DNA of 61,485 nucleotides, filler included. It is 8 parts of 8 records of this genome, joined end to end, with 100 filler letters (N's around TTAATTAATTAA, not from the genome) between each part and the next. Parts side by side here need not be neighbours in the genome. Positions count along the whole stretch, not along the records: positions 53,222 to 61,485 come from SRR31156797_16820; 7 more parts are not named here. One strand, given 5' to 3'. How positions within the stretch are numbered: position 1 is the stretch's first letter; every line of letters begins with the position of its first letter. The notes beneath the pieces are model-generated. The model was not told where the DNA came from. It saw only the letters and a list, made by a program, of their open reading frames with translations, and made no database searches. Below are positions 59,063 to 61,485 of the stretch, piece by piece. The position numbers and the translations under genes were made by a program.

Positions 59063-59092
59063 AAGATATCTGAATTTTGGAGAACTTGTATT

Positions 59093-59944
59093 ATGAAATT
59101 CGCTGTAAATGAAAATACCATTTTTCAATGTCACTTGAGTCAGTTTCTGGATGTCTGCGGGGAGGCTGGATTTAAGGCCGTTGAGGTCAGTTATTCAAAA
59201 CTGAAGGACGAATTGAAATTCGTCGCCCCTTCGGATCTTAGAGCTATACTGAAAAAGTACGGTATGTCTGTATTGTCGATTAACGCATTTGAAGATACCT
59301 TTCTGGTTCCTCAGGAGGGACTCAAGGTATTGGAGAAAGAGGCTCATCTGTTGGCCGAACTGTGTTTGGCGATTGAATCTCCTTCCGTAGTTGCTCCTTC
59401 CGGTAGGTGGTATGATATCTACGGCAATCTTCCTGGAAAAGAGGATATCACTCAGCTCTATAGGGGGCGTATGCTTATTCTGAAAAATGTCTTTGATTAT
59501 TACGGCATAAAGCTTATGTTCGAGCCTATAGAGTTTCCTGAGTTTATCGTAGGGGATAGTGCCTGGATCAATACAATTATGGATGTTCCCGGATTAAAGA
59601 AGGTTTCCCTTGTTCCGGATATTCATAATCTCCTGCAGAACGGAGAAGGGCCAGAACAGATCACGAAATTCAATAATCCCATAGGCATTTTCCATATAGA
59701 TGATACAAAAAACATAGATAGTGATGAAGTCCATGTGGCGAAGAGTCGTTGTTTCCCCGGTGACGGGGTAGCTCAGGTCAAACAATGGGTAAGAGAGGCT
59801 GAAAATGCCGGCTATGAAGGTTATTACTCTCTGGAGCTTTTTGATGACGATCTCTACGGTATGGCTCCTCATGCAGCTGCCTGTCTCTGCCGTCAAAAAC
59901 TTGATATCTTTGAGAAAATGCTGGATATGAATGAAGCTGTTTAG
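59093..59944 (+). CDS. Sugar phosphate isomerase/epimerase (IolI-like TIM barrel)
   Basis: AGFKAVE, FEP, DIHN, HIDD, R.FPGDG, GYEGYYSLELF. Confidence 0.82.
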   Translation: MKFAVNENTIFQCHLSQFLDVCGEAGFKAVEVSYSKLKDELKFVAPSDLRAILKKYGMSVLSINAFEDTFLVPQEGLKVLEKEAHLLAELCLAIESPSVVAPSGRWYDIYGNLPGKEDITQLYRGRMLILKNVFDYYGIKLMFEPIEFPEFIVGDSAWINTIMDVPGLKKVSLVPDIHNLLQNGEGPEQITKFNNPIGIFHIDDTKNIDSDEVHVAKSRCFPGDGVAQVKQWVREAENAGYEGYYSLELFDDDLYGMAPHAAACLCRQKLDIFEKMLDMNEAV

Positions 59945-59968
59945 TTCATCTTTAAGTCGGGAGTACGA

Positions 59969-60643
59969 GTGGAACAACAAGGTATATTGCAAAAGAAGAA
60001 AGAGCTGAAATCTGATGTCCTATATAAACAAATAAAGCAGATGATAATCGCAAATGAACTGAAGCAGGGGACTCCTCTTTCAGAGCGGAAGCTCTGTATC
60101 GAGTTGAATGCCAGTCGCACTCCAATAAGAGAAGCATTAAAAAAACTGAATTCTGAAAATTTTATCGATTACAAGCAGGAATACGGAGCGTTCGTTTCAG
60201 CTGTAACGTATCAGCAGATTGTCCAGATATATGATATCCGTGAGATGTTGGAAGCGTTAGCTGTTCGCCTTTTTACCGTCTCTGTAACAGAAGAGCAATT
60301 GAATGTCATCCGCAGTATGCAGCTGGCAATGGAAGAGGCGACTGAGGAGTACAGGTATACTGAGAGTCTTAAAATTGATCTGAATTTTCATAACTATATT
60401 ATTTCTGAAACGAAGAATCAGTATCTCCAGAAGCTGCTCCATTCCATTTTTGAGCAGACATCGAGGATTATTAATCTGACCAGTTATTCTGACGATTGGG
60501 CGAAAGAGTCTCTTGACGCTCATATGAGATTATTGACATATATTGAGAAACGGGATAGCTGTTCTGCAGAGAGAGAGATGAGGTCTCATTCTCAGAGAAG
60601 TAAACAACATCAGTTAGAACAGTGGATACATAATAATTGTTAA
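59969..60643 (+). CDS. GntR (FadR/FCD) transcriptional regulator, paralog of 56033
   Basis: LSERKL, SRTPIREAL, YDIREMLE, D..FH. Confidence 0.92.
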   Translation: MEQQGILQKKKELKSDVLYKQIKQMIIANELKQGTPLSERKLCIELNASRTPIREALKKLNSENFIDYKQEYGAFVSAVTYQQIVQIYDIREMLEALAVRLFTVSVTEEQLNVIRSMQLAMEEATEEYRYTESLKIDLNFHNYIISETKNQYLQKLLHSIFEQTSRIINLTSYSDDWAKESLDAHMRLLTYIEKRDSCSAEREMRSHSQRSKQHQLEQWIHNNC

Positions 60644-60651
60644 TTTATGGT

Positions 60652-60673
60652 TGGCATACAGATGGTATATAAT
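60652..60673 (+). promoter_or_regulatory. Second GntR-type site with a -10 box upstream of the MFS gene
   Basis: TGGCATACAGATGGTAT resembles TGGCATACCAGTGGTAT at 56805; TATAAT at 60668. Confidence 0.55.
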
Positions 60674-60678
60674 TATCT

Positions 60679-60710
60679 AAGAAAATCTTGCCTTAAGGTA
60701 AGATTTTCTT
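60679..60710. repeat. 32-bp near-perfect palindrome (terminator or binding site)
   Basis: AAGAAAATCTTGCCTT|AAGGTAAGATTTTCTT, one mismatch. Confidence 0.65.
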
Positions 60711-60765
60711 ATATGATGCTCCTACTATTTGATAGAATACCAATAGATTATCAAGGATTATCATT

Positions 60766-61485
60766 ATGCCAAAAGGTCGATCCATCACTATATTCGTCAT
60801 AACCAATCTTCTTTTCTGGTTCTCTCTTTTTACATATATTCCCCAGTTGGCCACGTATGCGGAATCTTTAGGGGCCAGTTATAAGCTTATCGGTATGATC
60901 ACAGGTGCCTATGGCGTTACTCAGACCCTTATCAGACTTCCATTGGGTATTTGGTCTGACAAAATCAATAAACGGAAAATATTTGTTATTCTCGGGCTTT
61001 TTGTAAGTACAATCAGTACCATGGTCACATATTTTTATCCTCACCCCTATTCTCTACTTTGTACCAGGCTTTTAGCCGGCGCCTCTGTCGCTACATTCGT
61101 TGTGATGACCATTATGTTTGCCGACTATTATGAAAAAAGTGAAGCTGCCAGGGGGATAGGAATATCCAACAGCTTAAATGGTCTGGGACTGATCCTGGCA
61201 ATGACTGCCGGAGGATTGCTGATAAAGTACACGTCTTCTAATAGGGCTCTCTATCTGTTGGGAGCGATTGGAGGATTGATGGGGCTGGTTTTCAGCTTTT
61301 TTATTGAAGAGAGGAAGCATGAGTCACATGAGTCTAAACCTATCGGAGTCCTTTTCAAGAAAAGTGTTGATCAAAATTTATTAAAAGTTTCCTTCCTTGC
61401 CACCATTTCACAGGGAATAACCTTTGCAACCCTATTCGGATTTGTTCCTATCATTGGAAAATCCCTTAATGCCAGCGGTCTGCAG
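60766..61485 (+). CDS. MFS transporter; 3'-truncated
   Basis: Not in ORF track. MPKGRSITIFVITNLLFWFSLFTYIPQL...RLPLGIWSDKINKRK (MFS motif A). Confidence 0.88.
   Translation, partial: MPKGRSITIFVITNLLFWFSLFTYIPQLATYAESLGASYKLIGMITGAYGVTQTLIRLPLGIWSDKINKRKIFVILGLFVSTISTMVTYFYPHPYSLLCTRLLAGASVATFVVMTIMFADYYEKSEAARGIGISNSLNGLGLILAMTAGGLLIKYTSSNRALYLLGAIGGLMGLVFSFFIEERKHESHESKPIGVLFKKSVDQNLLKVSFLATISQGITFATLFGFVPIIGKSLNASGLQ

Noticed and set aside
1-61485. One mosaic genome with massive horizontal transfer, or a functional link between contig 1 and contig 7 aromatic genes
   Set aside because: Composition shifts coincide with linkers; nothing shows that the contigs share a genome.
1-61485. rRNA, tRNA, CRISPR arrays, transposases, integrases, phage or defence genes
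   Set aside because: None recognised by eye or in the ORF track; tRNAscan and Rfam were not run.

Overview
This is not one locus. It is eight unrelated contigs joined by seven artificial 100-nt linkers (44 N + TTAATTAATTAA + 44 N), so gene context is read only within a contig. Taxon labels are inferred from protein resemblance, base composition and promoter style. (1) 1-7611, Desulfobacterota-like: BzdM-like ferredoxin end, two dehydratase/benzoyl-CoA-reductase-family Fe-S subunits, a 92-aa orphan, two ATPase activators, a GNAT and an acyl-CoA dehydrogenase pair. (2) 7712-13594, Bacteroidota: yicC start, mnmA, DEAD helicase, coxD-coxB-cyoE. (3) 13695-18847, Arcobacter-like: aroQ, amidohydrolase, sppA, DEAD helicase, ackA. 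(4) 18948-27242, AT-rich F-type conjugation region with rearranged order traB-traA-traL-traE-traK-traG. (5) 27343-34251, Bacteroidota: FISUMP gene end and a ~2000-aa T9SS cargo protein. (6) 34352-41961, Fusobacteriota-like: csp, LacI with four operators, TRAP transporter, Aec37-like GH31. (7) 42062-53121, Desulfobacterales-like: ECF sigma with a CBM48 anti-sigma and envelope genes, an MSHA-like minor-pilin cluster, and a PpsC-like/UbiX/Tm-1-like/riboflavin kinase-HD run. (8) 53222-61485, spirochaete-like inositol catabolism cluster. The best candidate for an undescribed system is in contig 7. An identical motif TGTGACC-N16-CGTATAT occurs three times on the minus strand, upstream of the ECF sigma, the TPR lipoprotein and the pilin cluster. 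This suggests a glucan-sensing ECF regulon that controls a pilus tip. All calls come from reading the sequence; no searches were run.
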